64,000 nt of DNA. Source: Nostoc sp. DedSLP01. Lineage in GTDB: Bacteria > Cyanobacteriota > Cyanobacteriia > Cyanobacteriales > Nostocaceae. A program made the translations under genes and the position numbers. The notes below the pieces were generated by a model. The model was not told the origin of the DNA and made no database searches. It saw only the letters and a list, made by a program, of their open reading frames with translations. Shown one piece after another: positions 9,374 through 18,752 of the stretch. The stretch lies in assembly GCA_034530875.2 (NCBI GenBank), contig JAVRCJ020000008.1, forward strand, positions 96,001-160,000. The letters are read 5' to 3'. The first letter of the stretch is position 1, and each line of letters opens with the position of its first letter.

Positions 9374-10444
9374 ATGAGACAACAGCTTGTATTTCCCAGG
9401 CAAAAGGCAGATGTAACTGCGATTTTTCGCCCCCAAGTACTTCTGTACAGCTTTTTAGTATTTACTTTTCTGCTGACTCCCATAGCGGCTGGTGCAGTTG
9501 ATATTACGCAACAACTCCACCGTCCTTTAAATAGTTCCGTTGGGCGAGAATCAAGAGATGAAGCAGACAGTTTGCTGCGTATTGGCGAACAACAATATGC
9601 TTCAGGATATGCCAACAAAACAGTCGCCTCTTGCTTGCGGGCGCTAGAACTATATCGCTTAAGTGGCGACCTGAAAGCCCAAGGTTTAGCTTATAATTTG
9701 CTGGCTAAGGCTTATATTCAGCTAGAAAGTTCAAAAGAAGCAGAAGATGCTTTACGACGAGCATTAGCGATCGCTCGCGATACTAAAGATTTTCAATCTC
9801 AAATTTTTGTCCTGAATAATATTACGACATTTCTGCTGCAAGAAGGAGAATTTCCTGCTGCTGGTAAAACTGTTGAAGAGGCACTGACAATTGCTCAAGA
9901 TGTCAAAAATATTGAAGGTCAAGGGCTATCTCTGAGCAATTTGGGATTAGTTACAGCGCGGTTGGGAGATTACAATAAGGCAATTAAATTATATGAAAAT
10001 GCTTTAATCTTTCGGCGTCAAACTGGTGATGTCATAGGTGAGGCTAATACTTTAAATAATTTAGGTGATGCTTATTTAGCATCGGGAAATTATCAAGATA
10101 CTATTGGTACTTACGGTGCAGCAATGCAGATTGCGAAAATTAATCGCGATCGCACTAACGAATTACGAGCAATTGATGGTTTAGTGAAAGCTCATAGCGC
10201 TGTCGGTCGCCACGAACGCGCTTTTGAGTTATTACAGGAGCGATTAATACTCGCCCAAGAATTACAAAATGCCCAAGAAGAATTAAAATCTTTTGAATCC
10301 TACGCTCAATTATACGAGCAGTTGGGTAATTACCCAACTGCTCGGAATTTTTATGAAAGAGCGATTATCTTGGCACGAAGATTGCAAGATAGCAAACAAG
10401 AATTGTTATTGCTCGATAAACTAACAAAAATGCTCAAGCGGTAA
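9374..10444 (+). CDS. Secreted tetratricopeptide repeat protein
   Basis: Signal-like hydrophobic N-terminus; repeated GxSLSNLG / EANTLNNLGDAY TPR units. Confidence 0.9.
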   Translation: MRQQLVFPRQKADVTAIFRPQVLLYSFLVFTFLLTPIAAGAVDITQQLHRPLNSSVGRESRDEADSLLRIGEQQYASGYANKTVASCLRALELYRLSGDLKAQGLAYNLLAKAYIQLESSKEAEDALRRALAIARDTKDFQSQIFVLNNITTFLLQEGEFPAAGKTVEEALTIAQDVKNIEGQGLSLSNLGLVTARLGDYNKAIKLYENALIFRRQTGDVIGEANTLNNLGDAYLASGNYQDTIGTYGAAMQIAKINRDRTNELRAIDGLVKAHSAVGRHERAFELLQERLILAQELQNAQEELKSFESYAQLYEQLGNYPTARNFYERAIILARRLQDSKQELLLLDKLTKMLKR

Positions 10445-10550
10445 TAAAAGTTAGGAGTTCGGAGTTAATCTTAATTCGGGTAAGTTAGACTTTAGTCTCA
10501 CACCCCACCATATAACTAACTCTTCACTCCTCACTTTTAATGTAGATTTT

Positions 10551-11420
10551 TTAATTCAAGAATACTGAACCGTTTCGCTCAATTCTTAAAGCACTTCTCC
10601 CTTGTGCTGCATCAGCAGTTTCGTTAAATCTAACTTCTAAGTTTGCTGCTTGTGATGAGGTTTGTGCTTGTGATGAAGTTTGTGGAGTTGCTAACAGTTG
10701 TCCCCCGTCTCCTCGTTGGAATGTCACCGTTACTGGTACGGTTAGCCCTCGGAGTGTGACATCAGATTTACCGCGTAACAATCGGGGTGCGGTATCACCG
10801 ATGACTTGGTAAGTTACATCAGCCGCAGTGTCATTTACCAGTCTGATATTAACTGCATTATTTGTAATTGCGATCGTAGCACTAGGGGTTTGTCGTGGCT
10901 CTTGTGGAGTGCTAGAAGTATCTGGGGTAACCGATCCTGGAGTTCCTGGTATCGCATTTGGTTCTGATGATGTCGAAGGCTGCGAAGTATTTCCAGAACG
11001 ATTATAGGGCGGTTCATTCCGAATACTAGGATTGGGATTAACTGCTGGAGAAGTGTTTTGTGCAGGTGCTTCACCGCCTACACCCAATCTGATTTGTTCT
11101 TGTGATGGATTTGCCTGGTTTTGTGATGTAGTCGTAGGGACAGGAAGAAGCCCTTGTGCTGCTAGCCTTTGGGTTAGTGCATTCGGAGGGCATCCTTCTG
11201 GGACAACAACACGAGAGTTATGTGGTTCTTCGTAGAAAATACGAGGACAAGGGTTAACCTGGGGAGTAGAACGGTTAACTTGAGAAGTAGAAGGGTTAAC
11301 TTGGGAAGGATATTGTTGTGCTAGTGATTGGGGAATTGCTGGTAGGGTAATTAGTAGCCCTCCGCATATAGCGCCCAAGAATTCAGCAGATTTGCGAAAA
11401 ATTTGAGAATTATTAACCAT
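10551..11420 (-). CDS. Secreted Pro/Gln/Ser-rich hypothetical protein
   Basis: Signal peptide, NPCPRIFYEEP...GCPPN cysteine pair, low-complexity linker, beta-rich C-terminal domain. Confidence 0.75.
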   Translation of the reverse strand: MVNNSQIFRKSAEFLGAICGGLLITLPAIPQSLAQQYPSQVNPSTSQVNRSTPQVNPCPRIFYEEPHNSRVVVPEGCPPNALTQRLAAQGLLPVPTTTSQNQANPSQEQIRLGVGGEAPAQNTSPAVNPNPSIRNEPPYNRSGNTSQPSTSSEPNAIPGTPGSVTPDTSSTPQEPRQTPSATIAITNNAVNIRLVNDTAADVTYQVIGDTAPRLLRGKSDVTLRGLTVPVTVTFQRGDGGQLLATPQTSSQAQTSSQAANLEVRFNETADAAQGRSALRIERNGSVFLN

Positions 11421-11907
11421 TACTAACTCCTTGAAAAAATTTAGGTTATCTTAAGGTTCAAAAATTTTCTTTCAAATAAATGCAAGAATTCAGAATTTCT
11501 AAGGATTTTACTAAGATTAGTAGATTTATATGGTGTGTAAGTCTAGTTAATGATAAGTGTTCTAGAAATTCTAAATTCTTAATCGTATTTTTAAATTACC
11601 AATGATTTTTATCTTTTATATCTAACTATAGAATTGAAAATTAAATATATTTATAGATCGTATTTACTTCTGAAGACAGAAAAACTTAATCGTCGAGGAA
11701 GTTTACAGCGTTTTTATTTTTTTGTTTTATTCTCTAAAATATTATTAGTAAAAAAGCCGAACGTTTACATCTACCACAAGAAAGAATATAGGGCTTCTAT
11801 TGATTGGAAGAAAAAACTCGCCCCCGACTCGAAAAGCCTGATTCACTACTCTCTAACGAAAGCAAATAAGTTCAATTCAAGCGAGTTACTATAGTTCAAT
11901 TAAGAAT

Positions 11908-13416
11908 TTAAGACTCAAGAGTTATTGGTAAAGTGACGGTGAAGGTGGTACCGATGCCTTGGGTGCTTTCAACTTGAATATGACCCTGGTGATGTTCGAC
12001 AATAGCAGCAGCGATCGCTAATCCTAATCCCGAACCAGTAACGCTGGCTGTAGCTTTATTTCCACTGCTATGAGTGCGTGCGGGGTCTACCCGATAAAAG
12101 CGGTCAAACAAGCGGGGTATCGCCTCTGGTGGAATTCCTACTCCAGTATCGCTGACTTTAACTTGCAGCTGGCTGCCGATGTAACGTCGTCCAGAAACGC
12201 GATTTATTCCCTCTATCCGCGCCAATTCCACTTTTACCCGTCCACCTGCTGGTGTGTAATGCAAGCCATTGGCAATCAAATTTGTGAACAGTCGCACTAA
12301 TTGATCCCAATTGCCCACAAGGGTAAACCAATTTTCTAGTAATTCCGGGCTAGTTTCCGAGATGTCAGGATCGATTAAATCTAAAGTCAAGGCAATTTTT
12401 TTTTCCGGAAATAATAGCTGTTGTTCTTCAAGAACTTCCATCAGCAAAGCATCCAACGGACAAGGCGCAAAGACATCTTTGCTGATACCACTATCTTGTC
12501 TTGCAAGGAAGAGTAAATCGTTAACTAACCTACCTAAACGCTGCGTTAACCGTTCCACCATCTTTAACTGTTGCCGATATTGCACGGAAGCAGTAGTTTG
12601 TGCCTCTGCTAATTCCAAATCAGCAAGGGCAACTTGCACATTAGTTTGAATTAAAGTAATGGGACTTCTCAGTTCGTGAGAAGCATCAGCAGTAAATTGT
12701 TTGAGACGTTGATAAGACTCATCCACTGGTTCCATAGCTTTACCTGAAAGAAACCAACCACTTGCAGCCACAGAAACCAACATTAACCAAATACCTAGCG
12801 CCAAATCAAAAATAAATTCACGACTCGGTTTAGTGACTTCAAACCAAGGATGGCTAACGCGCAGATATCCTAATACTTGCCGTCCTACTTCCACTCGTTC
12901 TGTGACTTGTCGTAATAAAAGTGGCGAGTGCTGAGTGCTGTTAGCAGTAACGGCACGTTTAGCGTGTGGTGAGTCAGGAGTAAGAAGTTTCTTATCTCCC
13001 CATCTCCCCTTTTCTTCTTTGACTACACGCACAGTTTCACCAGTGCGGTTGGCATGAATGGGAATATTTAGAGGTTCGGATAGCGTTGACCAAATTAATT
13101 CGCCAGTGGGACTAAACCATTCGAGGTCGATGTGGTCATCTTCTACGCTGTCGGCATTATCAGGAAAGCTTGCTTCTACATTAATACGAAATTTATCAGC
13201 ATCAGAATTGACTGGTTCAAGTATGAGGGTAGACGCACAGGGACTTGTTGTTAAACATCGCTCTACTATTTCCACTACATGATTAAGGGTATCGTCTATT
13301 CGCTCAATCAGCGTACTACGCACATATAAGTAGACACCGCTAGCAAACAGTAATAGTAATACAGCAGTTACGGCAGTGTACCAAATTGCTAGACGACGGC
13401 GAGTAGCTTGAAACAT
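11908..13416 (-). CDS. Two-component sensor histidine kinase (probably ManS/Hik27-like)
   Basis: Two TM segments, H-box FTADASHELRSP, N-box LFTNLIANG, DTGVGI, GSGLGLAI; ManS identity from recall of the N-terminus only. Confidence 0.9.
   Translation of the reverse strand: MFQATRRRLAIWYTAVTAVLLLLFASGVYLYVRSTLIERIDDTLNHVVEIVERCLTTSPCASTLILEPVNSDADKFRINVEASFPDNADSVEDDHIDLEWFSPTGELIWSTLSEPLNIPIHANRTGETVRVVKEEKGRWGDKKLLTPDSPHAKRAVTANSTQHSPLLLRQVTERVEVGRQVLGYLRVSHPWFEVTKPSREFIFDLALGIWLMLVSVAASGWFLSGKAMEPVDESYQRLKQFTADASHELRSPITLIQTNVQVALADLELAEAQTTASVQYRQQLKMVERLTQRLGRLVNDLLFLARQDSGISKDVFAPCPLDALLMEVLEEQQLLFPEKKIALTLDLIDPDISETSPELLENWFTLVGNWDQLVRLFTNLIANGLHYTPAGGRVKVELARIEGINRVSGRRYIGSQLQVKVSDTGVGIPPEAIPRLFDRFYRVDPARTHSSGNKATASVTGSGLGLAIAAAIVEHHQGHIQVESTQGIGTTFTVTLPITLES
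12921..13010. repeat. In-frame STRR/SDR-type repeat insertion within the kinase gene
   Basis: GAGTGCTGTTAGCAGTAACGGCACGTTTAGCGTGT (12933-12967) is also found intergenically at 23170 and 59935; adjacent tctccccatctcccc STRR. Confidence 0.7.
13230..13256. repeat. 27-nt SDR5-like insertion splitting a HIP1 site, in frame
   Basis: Minus strand reads GCGAT-GTTTAACAACAAGTCCCTGTGCGTCTA-CCC, encoding ER-CLTTSPCAST-L. Confidence 0.6.
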
Positions 13417-13788
13417 TTTTTGACTCCATTTTTTTTAACTGATTATTTTCAAATTACGTATTTATACGGCTAAAAAATAGCTAAATTTTTGAGTTTTGGT
13501 GATTTTGCTGAGGTTGAACGTTTTACTCAAGAATTACACTCTTGTTGCGGTAAATCTGCTTAATACTATTTTATTCTTTACAGCTAGTATAAAAAATTCA
13601 ATTTCTTAAGCAACCTATATCGAGATTTACCGAAACTATTTTTGAATGCATCTACAACAAATAGAAAAACCGAATTTTAAATGATGAACTATCTCAAAAA
13701 TTAACCAATTTCCAATAGCTTAAATTCCCAAAACATTATTGTGAATATTTTGAAAATTTCCATTCAGACTATTATTGGTATCTCCCTA

Positions 13789-16653
13789 ATGAGATTCAAA
13801 ATCAATGCAAAAATTATTGGAATTTGTTTATTATATTCAGCAATTATCTCTAAAGCTATATTAATTCAACTATCTGCGATCGCTGTAGATGTAAAAAGTC
13901 AACATAGTCTTGATTTAAAAAGTAGTAATTATCAAAAAATAGATAATTTTCAAAGTAAAGTACTTTTAAGACAAACCTTAAAAAATGCCAAATATAGCTC
14001 TGAAAATCCAAAACCTTTACCCAGATTTACCATAGCTGACGTCATCCCAATTGAAGAGTATAAAGTACAACCTCCTAAACCAGATGATGCAGAACAGCAA
14101 GAAACTCAACCAGATAAAACTCAACCCAATACATCAACACAACAAATACTTATACAAAAATTACGTCGTTCCAAAAATCAACAACAAGCACAAAAACAAA
14201 TAATTCTAGATGCCTTAACATTTAGCGCTAATAGATATCCTTGGATTGTTAACCCTACAGATAATCTTACTTTTCAAAATCAATTATTTAAACCAAATTT
14301 TGAAGAAGATTATATAGATACAAATTTAGATATAAAATTTTCTGGCGAAAGTCAGATTATTGATAAATTTACTTATGCTAAATTTCCTAAATCTGACCAG
14401 TTTTATTGGGTACTTGACAATAATAGGATAGTAGTTGAAACCAGAGGCTCCCAGGCAGGGATCATTTATCAAGGAAGAGACACTAATACTTTTATCACCC
14501 AAAATGTTACCTCACAACAGGCATTTTGGGGATTACAATCTCTGTTTGCTATACCTACAGATTTTCAAAATTTAACTGGTGAAGTTGCTACTGATGATAA
14601 TTTTTCTATAATTTCAATAGCAGGACAATTAATAAATCCTGAAGGCATACCTGCTGGCAGAGTTATTATTAATAGTGGGGTTGACAAAAACAACCCTAAT
14701 GTCACAATTCTCAAAAATCCTACTCCGATTATTGGTAGCGGCTCAACTTTAAGCGTTGAGGGCGGGCAAGCTTTATTTCAATTGTTAGATACTACCAATG
14801 CTCCCAAGATTCTGCAAAGCTTTCCCACAACAAACATGCAACCTCTGCTAGATGATGGAAACGTCAGACTTCAAGAGGGCGAAATTATTCCTAAAAGTGC
14901 CTTAGAAGCTACTGGAATCTTTTGGGGAAATATATTAACCGGAGAAGGTTTTGGTTTTACTGCTCCTGTCACTTCCTTTCCAGGTATCAAGGTCGCTCAA
15001 CTGAGGAAATTTGATAACTATGATTTGTTAAATGTAGCAGTCAATCCTTTTCTTTCTCAACCTGAAAAAGACTTTCATTATCTTAATTCTTTAATGTGGG
15101 TATCTTTAGGAAGAAGAGATCCTGAATTTAAAACACTATCTCAAACTCAAGATAGCTCTGATTGGCACAGACTCTATGCTAGCCGTCCTCATAACCGCAC
15201 CTTAATCCAATACGACCCAGTAGATATTAAGGCTACTTACTCTAACATTTTTTCTGCCCCAGGCATATCTCTAACTACTAATTTTAGCGATCTTAGTATT
15301 GATTCTATTCAATCAGTGAATTCTACATTAGGTTTGCTATTGGGCGGAGTTTTTGAAGCTATTAAAGTTAAGAATATTCAAAACGGTTTAGAAGAAGCTA
15401 GAGAAAAATTTAAGAATGGAGAAGGTTTTACACCTTTAAATACACCTGCTACAGCTGTTCAAAGGAGACAAATTAATAATAGACTGAATCGCACTTTAGC
15501 TTATGGTAATTCAGGCAGCGGACTCGAGCAAGTATCTGGAACTTATACACTTCCCAGTAAAATTACTCCTAACAAGTCGAGTATCTTGCAAGTAAGAACC
15601 GGAAATCACAAGCGAGCAGTTCAGTTTCTGGAAAGAAGTATTTCTATCTTAGATGAAGGTGATACATTCTTTTCTGACCTCAGACTCTCTAATGAAAGGT
15701 TTGGCCCTCTCACTTTTATCGGTATCCCAATTCCATTAAATAAGACTTCTATCGATCCTATCAATACTATCAATGAATCTTCTGCTGTAGAAGTAATTTT
15801 GACAAATTCCCAAGGTCAACAATTTGTACAACAATATAGTTCAGCCGATAATACGATAGTACCGCTGCAAGTCCGGTCATTTGATATAGCGTTCGATTAC
15901 ATGGAACTCACCAGAGTTGATAAAATTGGTATTAATTTTAATAGCTTTAATGGTTATCTATCTTTACCAACAGTCGAATTGTTAGCAGCAGGTTCTTCTG
16001 GCGATTTTAACTATACTGCCAATTTGGGAATGTGGTTTAATGTAGATGCTAATTCAGCACCAGGTGTTAATAATAATAATTTAGGAATAGAAGAACCAAC
16101 TTTAGGAATTTATACTAATATTCTGCTCAATTATATTAAAAATGATGTCCGCCTAGATTCTAATAAAAAACCTGTCGCTGTTAATACTCATATACCATAC
16201 TTGAGAATTGACTGGAACAGTGCTTCTAATAAAAATAATCCTTTTTCGACTTTTTTAAGTTATTTCTTTCAACATCAAGAAAGAAATTTTGGTTTCTCCT
16301 TAGCTCCTGGTATCGCTTATATTGAAGGTAATAGCAATGGTGAATTTTTAGGTCTTGTGAATGGAGAGTTTGGTACTAGCCTTGGTTTAAATTTAAAGGG
16401 AAATCTAGAGATTGGCAAAAACTTATTTTTTGAATTTCAGGGGTTGCAAAGAATCAGTAAAAGAATTTCTCTTGGTGCTTATTTAAGAAATTATGCTATA
16501 AATAATGTCGGTTTAAGCAGCCGAGTTTCTGGCTTAAATTATGGATTAATTTTTAGACACACTTTCCCTGACAATGGTGTGTTTATAGAAAGCCAAATTG
16601 GTACGGGTGAAAATGGATTTGACCTTAAATTTCAAGGTGGGTATCGATTTTAA
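13789..16653 (+). CDS. Large exported protein with predicted C-terminal outer-membrane beta-barrel
   Basis: Hydrophobic N-terminal signal, Q/P-rich linker, amphipathic beta-strand periodicity in the last ~250 aa, terminal FDLKFQGGYRF (Y-x-F BAM-type signal); ORF track opens at GTG 13741. Confidence 0.75.
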   Translation: MRFKINAKIIGICLLYSAIISKAILIQLSAIAVDVKSQHSLDLKSSNYQKIDNFQSKVLLRQTLKNAKYSSENPKPLPRFTIADVIPIEEYKVQPPKPDDAEQQETQPDKTQPNTSTQQILIQKLRRSKNQQQAQKQIILDALTFSANRYPWIVNPTDNLTFQNQLFKPNFEEDYIDTNLDIKFSGESQIIDKFTYAKFPKSDQFYWVLDNNRIVVETRGSQAGIIYQGRDTNTFITQNVTSQQAFWGLQSLFAIPTDFQNLTGEVATDDNFSIISIAGQLINPEGIPAGRVIINSGVDKNNPNVTILKNPTPIIGSGSTLSVEGGQALFQLLDTTNAPKILQSFPTTNMQPLLDDGNVRLQEGEIIPKSALEATGIFWGNILTGEGFGFTAPVTSFPGIKVAQLRKFDNYDLLNVAVNPFLSQPEKDFHYLNSLMWVSLGRRDPEFKTLSQTQDSSDWHRLYASRPHNRTLIQYDPVDIKATYSNIFSAPGISLTTNFSDLSIDSIQSVNSTLGLLLGGVFEAIKVKNIQNGLEEAREKFKNGEGFTPLNTPATAVQRRQINNRLNRTLAYGNSGSGLEQVSGTYTLPSKITPNKSSILQVRTGNHKRAVQFLERSISILDEGDTFFSDLRLSNERFGPLTFIGIPIPLNKTSIDPINTINESSAVEVILTNSQGQQFVQQYSSADNTIVPLQVRSFDIAFDYMELTRVDKIGINFNSFNGYLSLPTVELLAAGSSGDFNYTANLGMWFNVDANSAPGVNNNNLGIEEPTLGIYTNILLNYIKNDVRLDSNKKPVAVNTHIPYLRIDWNSASNKNNPFSTFLSYFFQHQERNFGFSLAPGIAYIEGNSNGEFLGLVNGEFGTSLGLNLKGNLEIGKNLFFEFQGLQRISKRISLGAYLRNYAINNVGLSSRVSGLNYGLIFRHTFPDNGVFIESQIGTGENGFDLKFQGGYRF

Positions 16654-16662
16654 TTCCATTGC

Positions 16663-16697
16663 CAAGATACCCAAGCTTTTGAAAAATTCGGGTATCT
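16663..16697. terminator. Hairpin between convergent genes (AGATnCCCGA-type palindrome)
   Basis: AGATACCCAA...TTCGGGTATCT; sibling AGATTCCCGA...TCGGGAATCT near 17559-17594. Confidence 0.55.
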
Positions 16698-16722
16698 CAG
16701 CTTTTTAATTTATAAAATATAT

Positions 16723-17154
16723 CTAATCTAAAGCACCCAAGCCATTATTACCAGCACCTGCTCGAATTATACTTGTCACATCTTGAAGCGAACTAGTATT
16801 ATTTAATAAATTTGCTGCTGTATTCAGGAATGAATTTTGGCTAGAAAGTGTAGTACTCTTAACTATTCCTGGGCTGATAGTTAGACTAGTAATGGTTTCC
16901 TCATTTTGACCTGCTACTCCTCCATAGGTAGGTATAATTTTTACACCTCCTTCAAAATAAGAGCCAGAAGGTAAAGTGACCTCGCCACTAACGCTCAGAA
17001 AAGTGCCAGAAGGTCTAATCAGAGTGACAGCACCGATAACAGTAGCTTGTTGTGCGTTTGCTGGTGCTGCTAAAAAATTTGTGACATTAACTAAACTCAA
17101 TAAACAGATACTTTGATGAATAATTATAGACAATTTGTTAGATAAACTATTCAT
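16723..17154 (-). CDS. Small secreted protein, paralog A
   Basis: AGGAG RBS upstream; signal peptide ending APANA; colinear with 17718-18140; ends IIRAGAGNNGLGALD. Confidence 0.85.
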   Translation of the reverse strand: MNSLSNKLSIIIHQSICLLSLVNVTNFLAAPANAQQATVIGAVTLIRPSGTFLSVSGEVTLPSGSYFEGGVKIIPTYGGVAGQNEETITSLTISPGIVKSTTLSSQNSFLNTAANLLNNTSSLQDVTSIIRAGAGNNGLGALD

Positions 17155-17558
17155 TATTTATAAACTCCTGAATCTCTGGCGCTACTTTTTACTTGACCAT
17201 GTAAAATCAACCTCAACTAATAAAAGTGGAGGTAGAATCTTTCTTTATATTTGTTTTATTGCTTTTGGCAGATAAAAATATAGAACCCTTGGTATGAAAT
17301 TTTTGTTAATAATGGACATGTTTTGGGTTCGTATTGTTACACAAGCTCTCTATTTGCCATTGGATAGGAGTTTCAGGATTTATAATTTATATTGATGTTA
17401 TTAGAGTTATGTAAACGAATGGTGAGGACGCGTATAGTAACACCGACGCTTTTATTCTATTTTCGAGGAATTAAAAGAAAAAATTTAATTTTTTATTGCA
17501 ATATCTAATACTAAATGGCAACATACAGCTGTGCTAACTTATACAAAACCCATGCTAA

Positions 17559-17594
17559 AAGATTCCCGACTTCTTAATAGAAAATCGGGAATCT
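17559..17594. repeat. AGATTCCCGA palindromic repeat / possible terminator
   Basis: AGATTCCCGActtcttaatagaaaaTCGGGAATCT. Confidence 0.6.
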
Positions 17595-17717
17595 AAGCCA
17601 CAAAATAAATATAGGGAACAGACATAGCAATGCTATTTCTCTTCCCTATCATGTATAGATTTATTCAACTGTTGTGTCAGTTAAAAGTTAGAAGTACTTC
17701 CAGGGCAAAAATTTAGT

Positions 17718-18140
17718 CTATTCTAAACCACCTAAACCATTAACGCCAGCACCAGCACGAATGATAGCTGCTTGTGCGCCAATGTCGCCAGCCGCTGCGT
17801 CTAAGGCTGCTGCTGCTGAAGTTACGAAAGGATTGCTGCTAGCAGTGAGCAAACTGGTGTTAGGTGTGCCTGGAGATATAGTTAAATCTGCTACTACTTC
17901 ATCGTCGGCTCCTGATGTGCCAGTGTATGTAGGTGTAATTTTTAGGTCGCTTTCGTAGTAGGCATTTTGGGGCACAGTTAATTCACCACTAACACTGATA
18001 GAAGCACCAGAAGCTCTAACAAGAGTTACAGCACCACGAGCTGCGGATTGACCTGCACTTGCTGGCGCAGCCAGGATATTACCAACGCTAACTAAACCTA
18101 AAAGACAAATGCTTCCTTTAACGATCGCAGAGATTTTCAT
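17718..18140 (-). CDS. Small secreted protein, paralog B
   Basis: GAGGAG RBS precedes ATG 18140 (MKISAIV); signal peptide ending APASA; ends IIRAGAGVNGLGGLE. Confidence 0.85.
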   Translation of the reverse strand: MKISAIVKGSICLLGLVSVGNILAAPASAGQSAARGAVTLVRASGASISVSGELTVPQNAYYESDLKITPTYTGTSGADDEVVADLTISPGTPNTSLLTASSNPFVTSAAAALDAAAGDIGAQAAIIRAGAGVNGLGGLE

Positions 18141-18752
18141 GATTAACAAACTCCTCGTGTTGTTTATCTTTGCGTATTCAATATAACTATTAAATTCAAG
18201 AAAAATCTCAGTGAGAATACTGGATTTTATAAAAATTTCAGCGGTAATAAATTAAAAAAATTAATCAATAAAATTGCTAGTGTGGCTTCAAGAAGAGCAT
18301 CAATATTCTAAAAGATAGAGCTATAGCAGACTTTGTACTTATTGAATATATGTATAGCGCTTGTGGTAATGCTTACAACAACTTATATTGAAAAAAACTA
18401 AATCTAAAAAAACTGCGAGTAAAGCTTTAGACTGCTTGCAACAACAAAAATCTATGTAAAATACATTTAATAATTAGCCCATAAAAATGCCCGTGTCATA
18501 TATTTGCTTAATCTTGAGTCGATTTTCATGAATAATGTGCTGTGGAGAAGGATTTGAATTCTGAGAGATAACGTTGTCGCCTAACATCGCTGTGCTATCA
18601 TACGAAACATTTAAAAGATTGCACCAATTAAAACCAGCTAGAAAACGTAGCTATAACTAACTTTTGTTTCAGGTTACGGTTAAGCACCATTTAACTTACT
18701 ATGTTTAATATCCCCAAGTTAAATGGCTATCTCTGCCTAGCATTAGCTCATT

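Noticed and set aside
10648..10683. 18-bp tandem duplication encoding QTSSQA twice
   Set aside because: Ordinary slippage in a low-complexity loop
11634..11894. 86-aa AT-rich ORF (also 23691-23903 and 36371-36637)
   Set aside because: Composition typical of chance ORFs in AT-rich promoter regions; no RBS or motif
16723..18140. Small paralogs as RiPP/bacteriocin precursors or type IV pilins
   Set aside because: They have Sec-type AxA signal peptides, no G/FxxxE prepilin site or double-glycine leader, and no modifying enzymes or peptidase transporter nearby
18566..18590. Possible second SDR5-like insertion (CGTTGTCGCCTAACATCGC)
   Set aside because: Too short and degenerate to separate from chance
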